In this document: piece by piece, positions 1 to 12,780 of the stretch
How the letters are laid out: the number at the start of each line of letters is the position of its first letter
How positions within the stretch are numbered: position 1 is the first letter of the stretch
Assembly: GCA_038147155.1 (NCBI GenBank)
Contig: JAYQTA010000003.1
Coordinates: 90,838-154,837 of the forward strand
From: Candidatus Australimonas brisbanensis
Lineage (GTDB): Bacteria > Chloroflexota > Dehalococcoidia > Lucifugimonadales > Australimonadaceae
Length of the DNA: 64,000 nt
Direction of reading: 5' to 3'
Notes under the pieces: model-generated
The model's input: the letters and a program-made list of their open reading frames with translations, nothing else
Told to the model about the DNA's origin: nothing
The model's database searches: none
Translations under genes and position numbers: made by a program

Positions 1-979
1 CCGCGAACAGGGCGATGGACCCGGCCATGATGGCGTAGGAGAGCGCCATCACCTTCTGCACCGGCACCCGTTCGGCCCACACCCCCGCCACCAGCGAGAT
101 GGGGATGGCGACGAAGGGGGCGATGGACAGGCTCACCACCGCCGCCGCCGAGGAGACGCCCTCGCCGGTCAGGTAGGTGAACCAGTGGAAGTGCACCGCC
201 GTGGTCACGAACGACTGGATGCTCACCGCCGCGGTGATGAGGTAGAAGGCGGGGGCGCGCAGCGCCTGGCGTCCGTTGAAGGAGCGCTCCGCCAGCACCC
301 TGCCCGCGCGCCGGTCGGTCTCGGCCCGCGAGGCCGCTGTGGCGGGGTCCACCCCGTCGGGCAGCAGGCCCATGTCCTCCGGCCTGCGCCTCAGCAGCAG
401 CAGGGTGGGGGCCAGGGCGACGGCCCAGACGGTGAGGCCCATGGCCCACCAGCCCGTGCGCCAGGAGCCCGTGAGCAGGATGCGCTCCGCCATGACAGGG
501 AAGGTGATCTGCCCCACCCGTTGGCCCAGGTTCGCCAGGGCGATGGCGCGTCCGCGCATCGCCACGAACCACTTGGGGATCACCACGCCCACCACCATGA
601 AGAAGGTGGAGGCGATGACCGTCCGGCCCACCAGTTGGAGGACGAAGTGCTGCCAGTAGGCCTGCACGGCGGCCATGAGCACGAAGGTGAGGCCCATGAG
701 CAGGATGGCGATGGTCATCACCATGCGCGCGCCGCGCCGATCCATGACGCGCCCCACCAGCAGGGAGGTGACCCCGCCCACGAAGGAGCCGATGGACATG
801 GGCAGCGTGTAGGTGACGCGGCTCCAGCCGAACTCGGCGGTCATGGGGCCCTGGAACACGCCCAGCACCGGGTTGGTCTCCACCCCTCCCGCGAAGGAGA
901 TGATGGAGACCACCAGGACGATGACCCATCCGTAGTAGCGCCTGCGCTGGGGTGCGGGAGAGCCGGGTTCGTCCGCCAT
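1..979 (-). CDS. MFS transporter (oxalate/formate-antiporter-like), C-terminal part runs off the left edge
   Basis: Not in the ORF track because it has no stop inside the window. Hand translation of the reverse strand from ATG 979..977 gives MADEPGSPAPQRRRYYGWVIVLVVSI..., the same R-x-YYGW N-terminus as the MFS paralogs at 12781, 53189 and 55727. The ATG shares one base with the TGA of the upstream gene (TGATG). Confidence 0.75.
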   Translation of the reverse strand, partial: MADEPGSPAPQRRRYYGWVIVLVVSIISFAGGVETNPVLGVFQGPMTAEFGWSRVTYTLPMSIGSFVGGVTSLLVGRVMDRRGARMVMTIAILLMGLTFVLMAAVQAYWQHFVLQLVGRTVIASTFFMVVGVVIPKWFVAMRGRAIALANLGQRVGQITFPVMAERILLTGSWRTGWWAMGLTVWAVALAPTLLLLRRRPEDMGLLPDGVDPATAASRAETDRRAGRVLAERSFNGRQALRAPAFYLITAAVSIQSFVTTAVHFHWFTYLTGEGVSSAAAVVSLSIAPFVAIPISLVAGVWAERVPVQKVMALSYAIMAGSIALFA

Positions 980-1983
980 CAGTCGATGGTGACGACGAAC
1001 TTGCCGAAGTGCTCGGAGCGCTCCATCTCGGCGTGGGCTTCGGCCAGCCCCTCCAGCCCCACGGTGCGGTGGATGGCGCTGGCCACCTTGCCGGCGCCCG
1101 CGGCCTCCACGATCTGGCTCAACTCCGTGTTGGTGCCCATGAACACCCCGTACACTCGCAGTTCCTTGGTGAACAGCTGGCCCAGGTGCAGGTTGGCCTT
1201 GTAGCCGGAGGTGACCCCGCAGATGCCGTAGCGTCCGCCGCGTGCCAGGGAGGCGTAGGCGTCCTCGAAGAACAGGGCCCCGGTGGAGTCCACCACCAGG
1301 TCAACGCCCTTCCCGCCGGTGAGCTCCTTGACCCGCTCGGCCAGCGCCTCGTCCTTGTAGTTGATGGTCTCGTCGGCGCCCAGCGCCCTGGCCGCGGCCA
1401 CCTTCTCCGGGGTGGAGGTGACGGCGATGCACCGCCCACCCACCACGCCCTTGACGATTTGGATCGCCGCCGTGCCCACGCCGCTGGAGGCGGAGAGCAC
1501 TAGCGCCGTCTCGCCCGCCTTCATCTGCCCCTCGCGCATGATGATGGACCAGGTGGGCAGGTAAACCGTGGGCAGCGCCGCCGCCTGCTCGTAGGAGAGG
1601 GAGTCGGGGATGGGCACCGCGTTGGCCGCGGGCACCACCACGTACTCGGCGTCGGAGCCGGGGGCGTGGGTGCCCACCATGTGCGGGTAGGGCACGTTGG
1701 TGATGAGCGGGTTCACCACCACCCGCTGACCGGTGCGCAGGCCCGCCACGCCCGCGCCCACGGCGCTGACCTCGCCCGCGCAGTCGCCGCCCAGCACGTG
1801 AGGCATCTTGTCTGCGGGCACCTGGGTGCCGCGCAGCCCAGCGCGGGTGTACAGGTCGAGCCGGTTCAGGGCGGCGGCGCGCACGCGCACCTGAACCTGC
1901 CCTTCGCCGGGTGCTGGCGTGGGCACCTCGCCCACCTCGATGACCTCGGGGCCGCCGTGCTGGCGGATGAACGCTGCTCTCAT
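979..1983 (-). CDS. NADPH:quinone oxidoreductase / zinc-type alcohol dehydrogenase (MDR) family
   Basis: 334-aa ORF. N-terminus MRAAFIRQHGGPEVIEVGEVPTPAPGEGQVQVRVRAAALNRLDL and a Rossmann segment LVLSASSGVGTAAIQ are typical of quinone oxidoreductases. Confidence 0.85.
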   Translation of the reverse strand: MRAAFIRQHGGPEVIEVGEVPTPAPGEGQVQVRVRAAALNRLDLYTRAGLRGTQVPADKMPHVLGGDCAGEVSAVGAGVAGLRTGQRVVVNPLITNVPYPHMVGTHAPGSDAEYVVVPAANAVPIPDSLSYEQAAALPTVYLPTWSIIMREGQMKAGETALVLSASSGVGTAAIQIVKGVVGGRCIAVTSTPEKVAAARALGADETINYKDEALAERVKELTGGKGVDLVVDSTGALFFEDAYASLARGGRYGICGVTSGYKANLHLGQLFTKELRVYGVFMGTNTELSQIVEAAGAGKVASAIHRTVGLEGLAEAHAEMERSEHFGKFVVTID

Positions 1984-1997
1984 CAGGGCCTCCGTCC

Positions 1998-3221
1998 TCA
2001 GTTGCTCGTGGCCAGCCGCCTGGCCAGCGCCAGCGCGCCACGGCGCGTGCGCACCCGCCCGTCCAGCGCCGCCTCGCGCACCCCGTGCAGAGCCCGTCCC
2101 AGCGCGGGGCCGGGGGGGATGCCCAGGGCCATCAGCGCCTCGGCGCTCACCTCGGGCAGCTCCGCCGTCAGGCGCTCTCGGTAGCGGGCCAGGGCACGGC
2201 GGGCGCGGGCATCATCCGCCACCACCGCCGCCGCCTGCACCACCGTGGGCGGCATGCCCGCCGCGATGGCGTCCACCGCGCCGGGGCTCGCCCCCGCCAG
2301 GGATGGCTCCTCCTCGGCGAGCCGCGTGGCGGCCTCGGCGACGCGCGCCTGCGGGCGGGTGGCTGCCAACCGGGCGCACACGGGACGCACCGAACGTGGG
2401 CCCACAGCATAGGCCACGGCCCCCCACAGCGCCAGGCCACACAGCCCGGCGCGTTCGGCGCGGGCCAGCGCCGCTGCCACGGCGGGGGCGCCCAGCGCGG
2501 GATGCAGCGCGCCCAGCAGCCCCAGCCGGTGCGCCTCCCGGAGCATGCGCGCGCCCTGCGGCTCGTCCAGCGTGCGCTCCAGCTCCCGGCGCACCCGTGC
2601 GGGGGAGATGGTCTGTAGGTAGCCCGCGTCCCGGCGCAGCCAGCGCAGCGTCCCCGGCTCGATGGTCAGGCCCAGCCGCACCGCGTAGCGCACCGCACGC
2701 AGCGTGCGGGTGGCATCGTCCCGGAACGAGTCCGGGTGCAGCACGCGCACCAGCCTGGCGCGAAGGTCGGCGTGCCCCCCGTGGGGGTCGGTCAGCGCCC
2801 CGAAGTCCCCCGGCGAGAGCGATGCCGCCAGGGCGTTCACGGTGAAGTCGCGCCGCGCCATGTCCTGGGCCAGCGTGGCGGGGAAGGCGACGGTGGGGAG
2901 GGCACCGGGCTTGGCATAGGACTCGGTGCGGGTCGTGGCCAGGTCCAGTGTGCGTCCGGCGAAGACCAGCTTCACCGTGCCGAACGCGGTGGGCGTACCC
3001 GCCCGCACCCCGCAGGCGCGCGCAAGCACCGGCGCCAGGTCTGCGGCGCACGTCTCGCTGGTCACGTCAGGGTCCAGCGCGGGGCGTTCCAGCAGCGCAT
3101 CGCGCACCGCACCACCCACCAACCACAGCGGTGCGCCCGCCTCGTTGGCCGCAGCGCCCAGGCGGCGCAGGAGGGCCAGCGCCTCCGGGCGGAGCGCCGC
3201 CTCCAGCGGGACGGTGTTCAT
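1998..3221 (-). CDS. cca: CCA-adding tRNA nucleotidyltransferase / poly(A) polymerase family
   Basis: Motifs LVGGAVRD, DLATTRTESY and RRDFTVNA. The track ORF (to 3800) is over-extended. ATG at 3221..3219 (MNTVPLEA) overlaps the upstream stop as ATGA, and the extension is Arg/Pro/Gly junk. Confidence 0.8.
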   Translation of the reverse strand: MNTVPLEAALRPEALALLRRLGAAANEAGAPLWLVGGAVRDALLERPALDPDVTSETCAADLAPVLARACGVRAGTPTAFGTVKLVFAGRTLDLATTRTESYAKPGALPTVAFPATLAQDMARRDFTVNALAASLSPGDFGALTDPHGGHADLRARLVRVLHPDSFRDDATRTLRAVRYAVRLGLTIEPGTLRWLRRDAGYLQTISPARVRRELERTLDEPQGARMLREAHRLGLLGALHPALGAPAVAAALARAERAGLCGLALWGAVAYAVGPRSVRPVCARLAATRPQARVAEAATRLAEEEPSLAGASPGAVDAIAAGMPPTVVQAAAVVADDARARRALARYRERLTAELPEVSAEALMALGIPPGPALGRALHGVREAALDGRVRTRRGALALARRLATSN

Positions 3222-3928
3222 CCCCACAGCGAGCCCAGCATCGTCCCTGCGGGCAGGGGCGGGTGCGCCTGGTGGAAGGACTCCTCCCGCCACTGGCCCG
3301 ACTCCAGGTACCCCGCCAACTGCTGCGCGTCCTCCTGGGAGCGGTAGGAACGCAGCGCCGCCACCTTCAGCGCCCAGTACCCCTCGGCCTCGACCACGAT
3401 GTTGGGGTTCGCCTCCATCCCATCCAGGTCCAGCGAGTAGGCCTCGATGACGTGGGCGGGCAGTGCGAAGTAGCACAGGCGCGCATCGGGCGCGTGCTCC
3501 TGGTAGCGTAGGAACGCGGCGGTGGCGGCGCGGTGCAGCGCCCGGTGGTCGGGGTGTCGGGAGATGCCGTGGGGGCCGAAGGTGAGCACCACGCTGGGGC
3601 GCACCCGGCGCATCACCTCCAGCAGCCGTGCCACCACCTCGGCTTCGGGCGCGTCCGCCAGATGGCCGTCCTCGTAGCCGAGCAGCACGGGTGGGTGTTG
3701 CACGCCGTAGGATGCGAGCACCGCCCGCAGCTCCGCCTCGCGCACCGCGGGCAGCTCCCCGCGGGTGAGCACCAGGCCGCCCGAGCCCAACGCTCCCCAC
3801 TCGCCGCGCGTTGCGGTGATGACGTGGACGTCGGCTCCCTCCTGCACGGCGCGCGCCATACTTGCGCCGGAGGCGGAGGTCTCACCGTCCGGGTGGGCCC
3901 AGATGCCCAGCAGGGTGCGGCGGGTCAT
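3218..3928 (-). CDS. PIG-L / LmbE-family N-acetylglucosaminyl deacetylase
   Basis: AHPDGE near the N-terminus and a later HPDH motif, 236 aa, typical LmbE-like layout. Confidence 0.8.
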   Translation of the reverse strand: MTRRTLLGIWAHPDGETSASGASMARAVQEGADVHVITATRGEWGALGSGGLVLTRGELPAVREAELRAVLASYGVQHPPVLLGYEDGHLADAPEAEVVARLLEVMRRVRPSVVLTFGPHGISRHPDHRALHRAATAAFLRYQEHAPDARLCYFALPAHVIEAYSLDLDGMEANPNIVVEAEGYWALKVAALRSYRSQEDAQQLAGYLESGQWREESFHQAHPPLPAGTMLGSLWG

Positions 3929-3968
3929 GGTGTCTCCTGTGCGAGTCTGCGCCCAGGATACCAGCCGT

Positions 3969-5753
3969 CTAGAAGCTGACGACCTGCGCCCCCTCCGGGC
4001 CGAAGACCACCAGCACCCGCTCCCCCGGCGCCTGGCGCACCCGCTCGGCCAGCGCGTCCAGCGCTACAGCGTCCAGGGTGGGGGCGCCCGCATCGTCGGT
4101 GCGCGTCCAACGCTCGGCGTGCACGCCCAGGCGCTCCTCCAGGCCTGCGGCCAGCGCCTCGGCCCCTGAGGGCAGCGCCAGCGTGAGCGCCTTGCCCAGC
4201 CGCTCCGGCCCCTCGGGCGCGGCGGCGCGGTCCTCGCGGAGCACCTGCGCGTAGTAGGCGGCCACGGCGCCGGCGGTGAGGGCGGCGGCCAGGGCCCACT
4301 TGCCGCCGTCCAGCACCCGGGCGGAGAAGGTGCCCTCCAGCAGGGGCTGGATCAGCATGAACAGGAAGGCGGAGAGCCCGCCCAGTGCGGCCAGCACCGA
4401 CGCCCCCAGCGCCAGGAACACCAGGAAGCGCCGGGAGGCAGCGGTCCGCTCGGCAGGGTCGGCCTCGGCGGCGCGCTGCTGGCGGAACCAGTAGGCCCAC
4501 CACACCGGCCCGCCCACGGCCAGCAGCGTGAGGGCCACGGACAGCGGCGTGTCCCACCAGGACGAGCCGGCGAAGGTGCGCTGCGCAGCGGGCACCAGCA
4601 GCCCCAGCAGGGTGCCCAGCAGCATGGCCAGGCCCAGGGAGGCGGTGGCCAGGCCCACGCCAGCGGAGAGGTAGTGGTGCGCGCGCAGAGCGGAGAGCCC
4701 GCGCCCCGGCACCTGAGCCGTCTCCCGCAGGTAGACCGAGGCGTGGTAGCCGAACACCCCGCCCGCCACCAACGCGACGGCGATGGCCGTGGGCACCCCG
4801 CTGAAGTGCGCGCCCGCGCCGGTGAACTGCGGCCGGACGATGACCCAATCCAGTACCGTGTGCAGCGCGACGGCGGCCGCGCTCACCGCAGTGACCAGAC
4901 CGCCGAAGATGCCCACCACCGCGGCCACCCCCTGTCGCAGCAGCGATGCGGCATCGTCTGCCGCCGTGCGGTGCCAGTGGAACCACCACCACGCCGCGCC
5001 CACCGCCGCTGAGCCCAGCGCACCGCGCAGGCCCGAGCCCCACAGGCCGGCGCTCCCGCCCACCAGGGGGGTGCCCACCAGCGCGTCGTAGGCTGCGCCC
5101 AGGAGCGTTGCCAGGGCGATCGCCACCCCGAAGGCCATCAGTACCAACCCATACACCCCGTTGGCGTACACGTAGAGGCGGCGCACCGTCTGGGCCACGG
5201 GGGTGGGCTGGCCCTCCGCCCGCTCCCAGCGCCAGTGGACGGCCCACAGCCCGCCCCACACCAGCACCGTCGCCACCGAGTCGAACAGCCGCACGCTCCC
5301 TGCCAGCAGCTGCTGCACCACCTGGGTGAGCGCGCCCGCAGTCACCGTGGCGGCGATGCCCAGCACCAGGTAGAGGTACAGCTTGCGCCCGAAGGCGCCC
5401 CGCTCGGCGGGGAAGCGGGCGACGGAGTTCCCGGCAGCGCGCCAGAGCAGCGCCCACACCGGCGTGCCCACCAGCAGAGTGGAGATGCCGAAGGCCACCG
5501 GGAAGGAATCGCCGCGGATCACCGCGTCCAGGAACAGGGCGCCGATGATCTGATCCACCAGCAGCGTCGCGCCCAGGGTGGCGAGCATCTGGGCCACGAA
5601 GGCGAGGCCGTAGGTGAACAGGCGGCGTGTGCCGCCGATGCCAGGGGCGCTTGGCCCACCGCCCAGGCGGCGCAGCGCGGCGATGGCTCCCGCCACCAGC
5701 ACCGCCAGCACTGCCAGGCCCAGCAGCGTGGACAGACCCGCTCCGTACAGCAT
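3969..5753 (-). CDS. polytopic membrane protein with internally repeated two-helix modules, function unknown
   Basis: 594 aa, many hydrophobic helices. A recurring pattern of a Trp-rich helix end followed by R-R-x-Y-x-Y occurs 5-6 times. Soluble C-terminal tail. Confidence 0.6.
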   Translation of the reverse strand: MLYGAGLSTLLGLAVLAVLVAGAIAALRRLGGGPSAPGIGGTRRLFTYGLAFVAQMLATLGATLLVDQIIGALFLDAVIRGDSFPVAFGISTLLVGTPVWALLWRAAGNSVARFPAERGAFGRKLYLYLVLGIAATVTAGALTQVVQQLLAGSVRLFDSVATVLVWGGLWAVHWRWERAEGQPTPVAQTVRRLYVYANGVYGLVLMAFGVAIALATLLGAAYDALVGTPLVGGSAGLWGSGLRGALGSAAVGAAWWWFHWHRTAADDAASLLRQGVAAVVGIFGGLVTAVSAAAVALHTVLDWVIVRPQFTGAGAHFSGVPTAIAVALVAGGVFGYHASVYLRETAQVPGRGLSALRAHHYLSAGVGLATASLGLAMLLGTLLGLLVPAAQRTFAGSSWWDTPLSVALTLLAVGGPVWWAYWFRQQRAAEADPAERTAASRRFLVFLALGASVLAALGGLSAFLFMLIQPLLEGTFSARVLDGGKWALAAALTAGAVAAYYAQVLREDRAAAPEGPERLGKALTLALPSGAEALAAGLEERLGVHAERWTRTDDAGAPTLDAVALDALAERVRQAPGERVLVVFGPEGAQVVSF

Positions 5754-5776
5754 GTGCGTCCTCCTGGGGTGCGCGG

Positions 5777-6316
5777 CTAGGCCGCGGGCTCCGGCGTGGG
5801 GGTGGGGGTGGGCGTCGGCGTCGGGTCCGGCTTTTCGATGCGGTAGGCGCAGCCCCAGTAGGGCCAGGCCGCCTGGTCCAGGTACCAGTCCCCGTCCACG
5901 CGGGTCATCAGGTAGGAGGGGGTGAAGTTGGACTCGCTCAGGTCGAAGGGCGGGTTCCCGTAGAATTGGGTGATGCGCACGCGCACGTCGGCGGTGTCCT
6001 CGTCCAGGATGACCGCCTCGTCCAGCTGTACCCGGAAGTCCGAGGTCTCCTGGTAGAAGTAGCGCGACTCAGCCACGTAGTCGGTGTAGGAGCACACCTC
6101 GCGGATATCCGGCGAGAGGAGCGCGTAGGCCGAGGCGTGGTCCCGGTCCTTGATAGCCAACAGGTAGCGCTGCACCGCCTCCTCGGGGCTTCCGGGCTCC
6201 AGGCTCGCGGGTGCGCGGCCAGCGGCCAGCACGCTCACCAGCACGCTCACCAGCGCCAGGGCCACCACCGCCGCACCGATACCCACCAGCCAACGGCCCG
6301 ATCCATGCTGTGGCAT
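5777..6316 (-). CDS. membrane-anchored hypothetical protein with C-terminal (TP)n tail
   Basis: 179 aa, a single N-terminal hydrophobic helix, a small globular domain, C-terminal PDPTPTPTPTPTPEPAA. Codon usage is consistent with its neighbours. Confidence 0.5.
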   Translation of the reverse strand: MPQHGSGRWLVGIGAAVVALALVSVLVSVLAAGRAPASLEPGSPEEAVQRYLLAIKDRDHASAYALLSPDIREVCSYTDYVAESRYFYQETSDFRVQLDEAVILDEDTADVRVRITQFYGNPPFDLSESNFTPSYLMTRVDGDWYLDQAAWPYWGCAYRIEKPDPTPTPTPTPTPEPAA

Positions 6317-6380
6317 CTGCCACCTCCCTGGTCAACGCTACGCTCTGCGGGCAGGCCCTGCCAGCGTCCTGCGGTGCGGG

Positions 6381-8183
6381 CTAGGGCGCCGCCACCGCAG
6401 CGGAGAACGTCGCCCGCTCCCCGGTGCCGGGGGCCCACGCCCCCACCACCAGAATCGCCGGGCGCTCCACGGTGAAGGTGGCCGTATTGCCCGCGTCCAC
6501 GGTCACCGTGCGGACCGAGGCCGCCGCGCCGGTGCCCTCCACCAGCCGCAGCAGATAGCGCTGGCGCGCACCCGCCTCACCCACTCTGACGAAACCGGCG
6601 GCCTCCCAGTTCCCCTCGGTCTCCGCGTCGTCGAAGAAGCCCGCCTCCGGCACGGCGATATCGTCCACGCACCAGCCAGGCTGCTCCACCGCCTCGTCGG
6701 TCAGGTACTCGAAGCGCAGCAGCACCTGCGCCCCGGCGTAGGGGGTCAGGTCCACGCGCTGCTCGGCCCATCCATCGCTGTGCCCGGTGTACATCGGGCC
6801 CAGGTCCAGCCCCAAGGGGCTTGCCTCGCTGGTGCCCGTGCCCCCCAGCGCCTGCCAGGAGACGCCTGCGTCGGCGGAGACGGCCACGTGGCCGCCGTCG
6901 AAGCCGTCCTCGATGTCCTGCCAGCTCCAGAAGCGCAGCGTCGCGGAGCGCAGGCCCCGCAGGTCAAGCGCTCGCGTGAGGGTGGCATCGCGCCCCTCGC
7001 CGTTCCCCGACCACCAGCACGCCTGCCCGGAGGCCGCCCCGCCGGGGATGACGGGCGTGGTCGCGGTGCCGGTGAAGCGCACCGTCAGCGGCCCGTCCGC
7101 CGGGTCCAGGCCCAGGTACCAGCCGCCCGTCTGCTGCACCTCGCCTCGGCCCTCACCCTCGCCGGAGACCGTCTGGTTCACCGTCGCCGTGGGCGTGGTT
7201 TCCTGGTAGCCCAGGGGCCCCTGGCCCACCAGGTTGGCCACCAGCCAGCCTGCGTAGAGCGATTCGAAGTCGGCACCCGGCACGGCGGCCTCGATGCCCG
7301 CGAAGCCGTCGGCGGGCTCGGCCAGCAGCGCGGGCAGTGCCTCTGGTCCCACCTGCTCGGCCAGGAAGCGGGCGAACAGCGAGGCCGCGGCGTAGGAGGG
7401 GAGGGAATCGGCGATGGCGGGGGGCCAGACGGCCAGCCCCGCCTCCGGCTCGCGCAGGTAGGCATCGAAGGGCAGCGCCCCCAGCCCCAGCGCACGTGCC
7501 GCGTACTCGGCCTGCCCCTCGGTGACCCAGGTGGCCTCCGAGGGGTCGGCGCGCCACTGGAGCACGTGGGTGAACTCGTGGGCCAGCGTGCCCAGGAAAC
7601 CCGCCCCGCTCACCCCGCCCGCGCTGGCCATGAACACTCCCACCCGCTGGTTTGAACGGGCGTAGACCGACGTGGGCAGGGCGTCGGCGGCGCTGAAGTA
7701 GCCCGCCACGGCGGGGATGCGCCCGATGACGATGGCGATGCGCCCAGGAGGAGCCAGCCGTTCGCCAAACAGGGCCAGCACCTGGGAGTAGATACGCTCG
7801 TCGAAGGCGCGCGCCGTCTCGGCCAGCGCTGCCGGGTCCACCGTGATGTCCTCGGCCACGTACCAGAGGGCGTGCTCCCCCGCATGTGCCAGGCTGGTGG
7901 GCATGGGGAAGGTATCCAGCGCGTTCACGTCCACCACGTTGAAGGTGCGCGCCGAGCCCACCGGCTCCTCGGCGTACAGCACCGCGTCGGTCAGCGGGCC
8001 AGCGTCCACCCCCTTGAAGCGGCGCACCAGGTCGAAGGGGTCGCGCACCGGCGCGGTCGGCACCGCCTCCAGCACCCCCGGCGCCACCGGGGCGGGCGTG
8101 GGCGTGGGCGCGGCGGTGGGCGCAGGGCCAGCGCAGGCCGCCAGCGCCAGGGCGGCGAGCAGGAGCAGGAGCGCGCGGTGCAT
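6381..8183 (-). CDS. secreted/lipoprotein zinc metalloprotease (HExxH)
   Basis: Start trimmed to MHRALLLLLAALALAACAG (signal peptide with lipobox-like LAAC). The ATG shares one base with the pth stop. HEFTH followed by a downstream E (TEGQAEY) is a zincin signature. The longer track ORF would overlap pth. Confidence 0.65.
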   Translation of the reverse strand: MHRALLLLLAALALAACAGPAPTAAPTPTPAPVAPGVLEAVPTAPVRDPFDLVRRFKGVDAGPLTDAVLYAEEPVGSARTFNVVDVNALDTFPMPTSLAHAGEHALWYVAEDITVDPAALAETARAFDERIYSQVLALFGERLAPPGRIAIVIGRIPAVAGYFSAADALPTSVYARSNQRVGVFMASAGGVSGAGFLGTLAHEFTHVLQWRADPSEATWVTEGQAEYAARALGLGALPFDAYLREPEAGLAVWPPAIADSLPSYAAASLFARFLAEQVGPEALPALLAEPADGFAGIEAAVPGADFESLYAGWLVANLVGQGPLGYQETTPTATVNQTVSGEGEGRGEVQQTGGWYLGLDPADGPLTVRFTGTATTPVIPGGAASGQACWWSGNGEGRDATLTRALDLRGLRSATLRFWSWQDIEDGFDGGHVAVSADAGVSWQALGGTGTSEASPLGLDLGPMYTGHSDGWAEQRVDLTPYAGAQVLLRFEYLTDEAVEQPGWCVDDIAVPEAGFFDDAETEGNWEAAGFVRVGEAGARQRYLLRLVEGTGAAASVRTVTVDAGNTATFTVERPAILVVGAWAPGTGERATFSAAVAAP

Positions 8184-8758
8184 CAGTTGAACCGGTTCAT
8201 GGCGGCGTCGATCCCCTCGGTGAGCCACACCTCCACCGCCTCGGCGGCGCGGGCCAGCGCCTCGTCCACCACTGCCTGCTCCTCCCGGGAGAAGCGCGCC
8301 AGCACGTGCTCGATGGCCCCGCGGGCGGGGCGGCCGATGCCGATGCGCACGCGCGGGTAGGCGCTGGTGCCCACCTCGGCGTTGATGGAGTTGAGCCCAT
8401 TGTGTCCGCCCGATGAGCCCTGCGCGCGCACCCGCAGCGAGCCCAGCGGCAGGTCCATGTCGTCGTAGACCACCAGCATGCGCTCGGCCCGCACGCCGAA
8501 GCGATCCAGCAGGTAGCGCGCCGCCAGCCCGGAGGAGTTCATGAAGGTGCGGGGCTTGGCCAGCACCACCCGGGCCCCGGCGAGCGACCCCTCGCCGATG
8601 AGCGCGTGCTGACGCTTGTCGGCGAAGCGCACCCCCGCGCGCTCCGCAAGCAGGTCGAGGCACGCGAAGCCGACGTTGTGGCGCGTGCCATCGTAGCGCG
8701 GGCCGGGGTTGCCCAGGCCCACCACCAGGGAGCGGCCGTCTCGGGAAGGGGCGGTCAC
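8183..8758 (-). CDS. pth: peptidyl-tRNA hydrolase
   Basis: VVGLGNPGPRYDGTRHNVGF and GGHNGL motifs, 191 aa. Confidence 0.92.
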   Translation of the reverse strand: MTAPSRDGRSLVVGLGNPGPRYDGTRHNVGFACLDLLAERAGVRFADKRQHALIGEGSLAGARVVLAKPRTFMNSSGLAARYLLDRFGVRAERMLVVYDDMDLPLGSLRVRAQGSSGGHNGLNSINAEVGTSAYPRVRIGIGRPARGAIEHVLARFSREEQAVVDEALARAAEAVEVWLTEGIDAAMNRFN

Positions 8759-8761
8759 GGG

Positions 8762-12780
<4,019 letters not shown>

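Noticed and set aside
185-1204. Long plus-strand ORFs overlapping the first genes, and similar ones at 1919..2845, 3925..5457, 16370..17338, 18672..20351, 30011..32134, 32140..34416 and 35596..37272
   Set aside because: All lie antisense to or out of frame with genes carrying strong family motifs. Their translations are low-complexity Arg/Pro/Gly/His strings.
3222-3800. N-terminal 193-aa extension of the CCA-enzyme ORF. Analogous over-extensions occur at 6381..8663, 15465..16733, 16570..19257, 26730..28151, 27866..28990, 51417..53078, 54312.., 55355.., 56361.. and 59920..
   Set aside because: The extensions overlap the upstream genes, are compositionally junk, and internal starts coincide with ATGA/TGATG/GTGA coupling junctions or Shine-Dalgarno sites.
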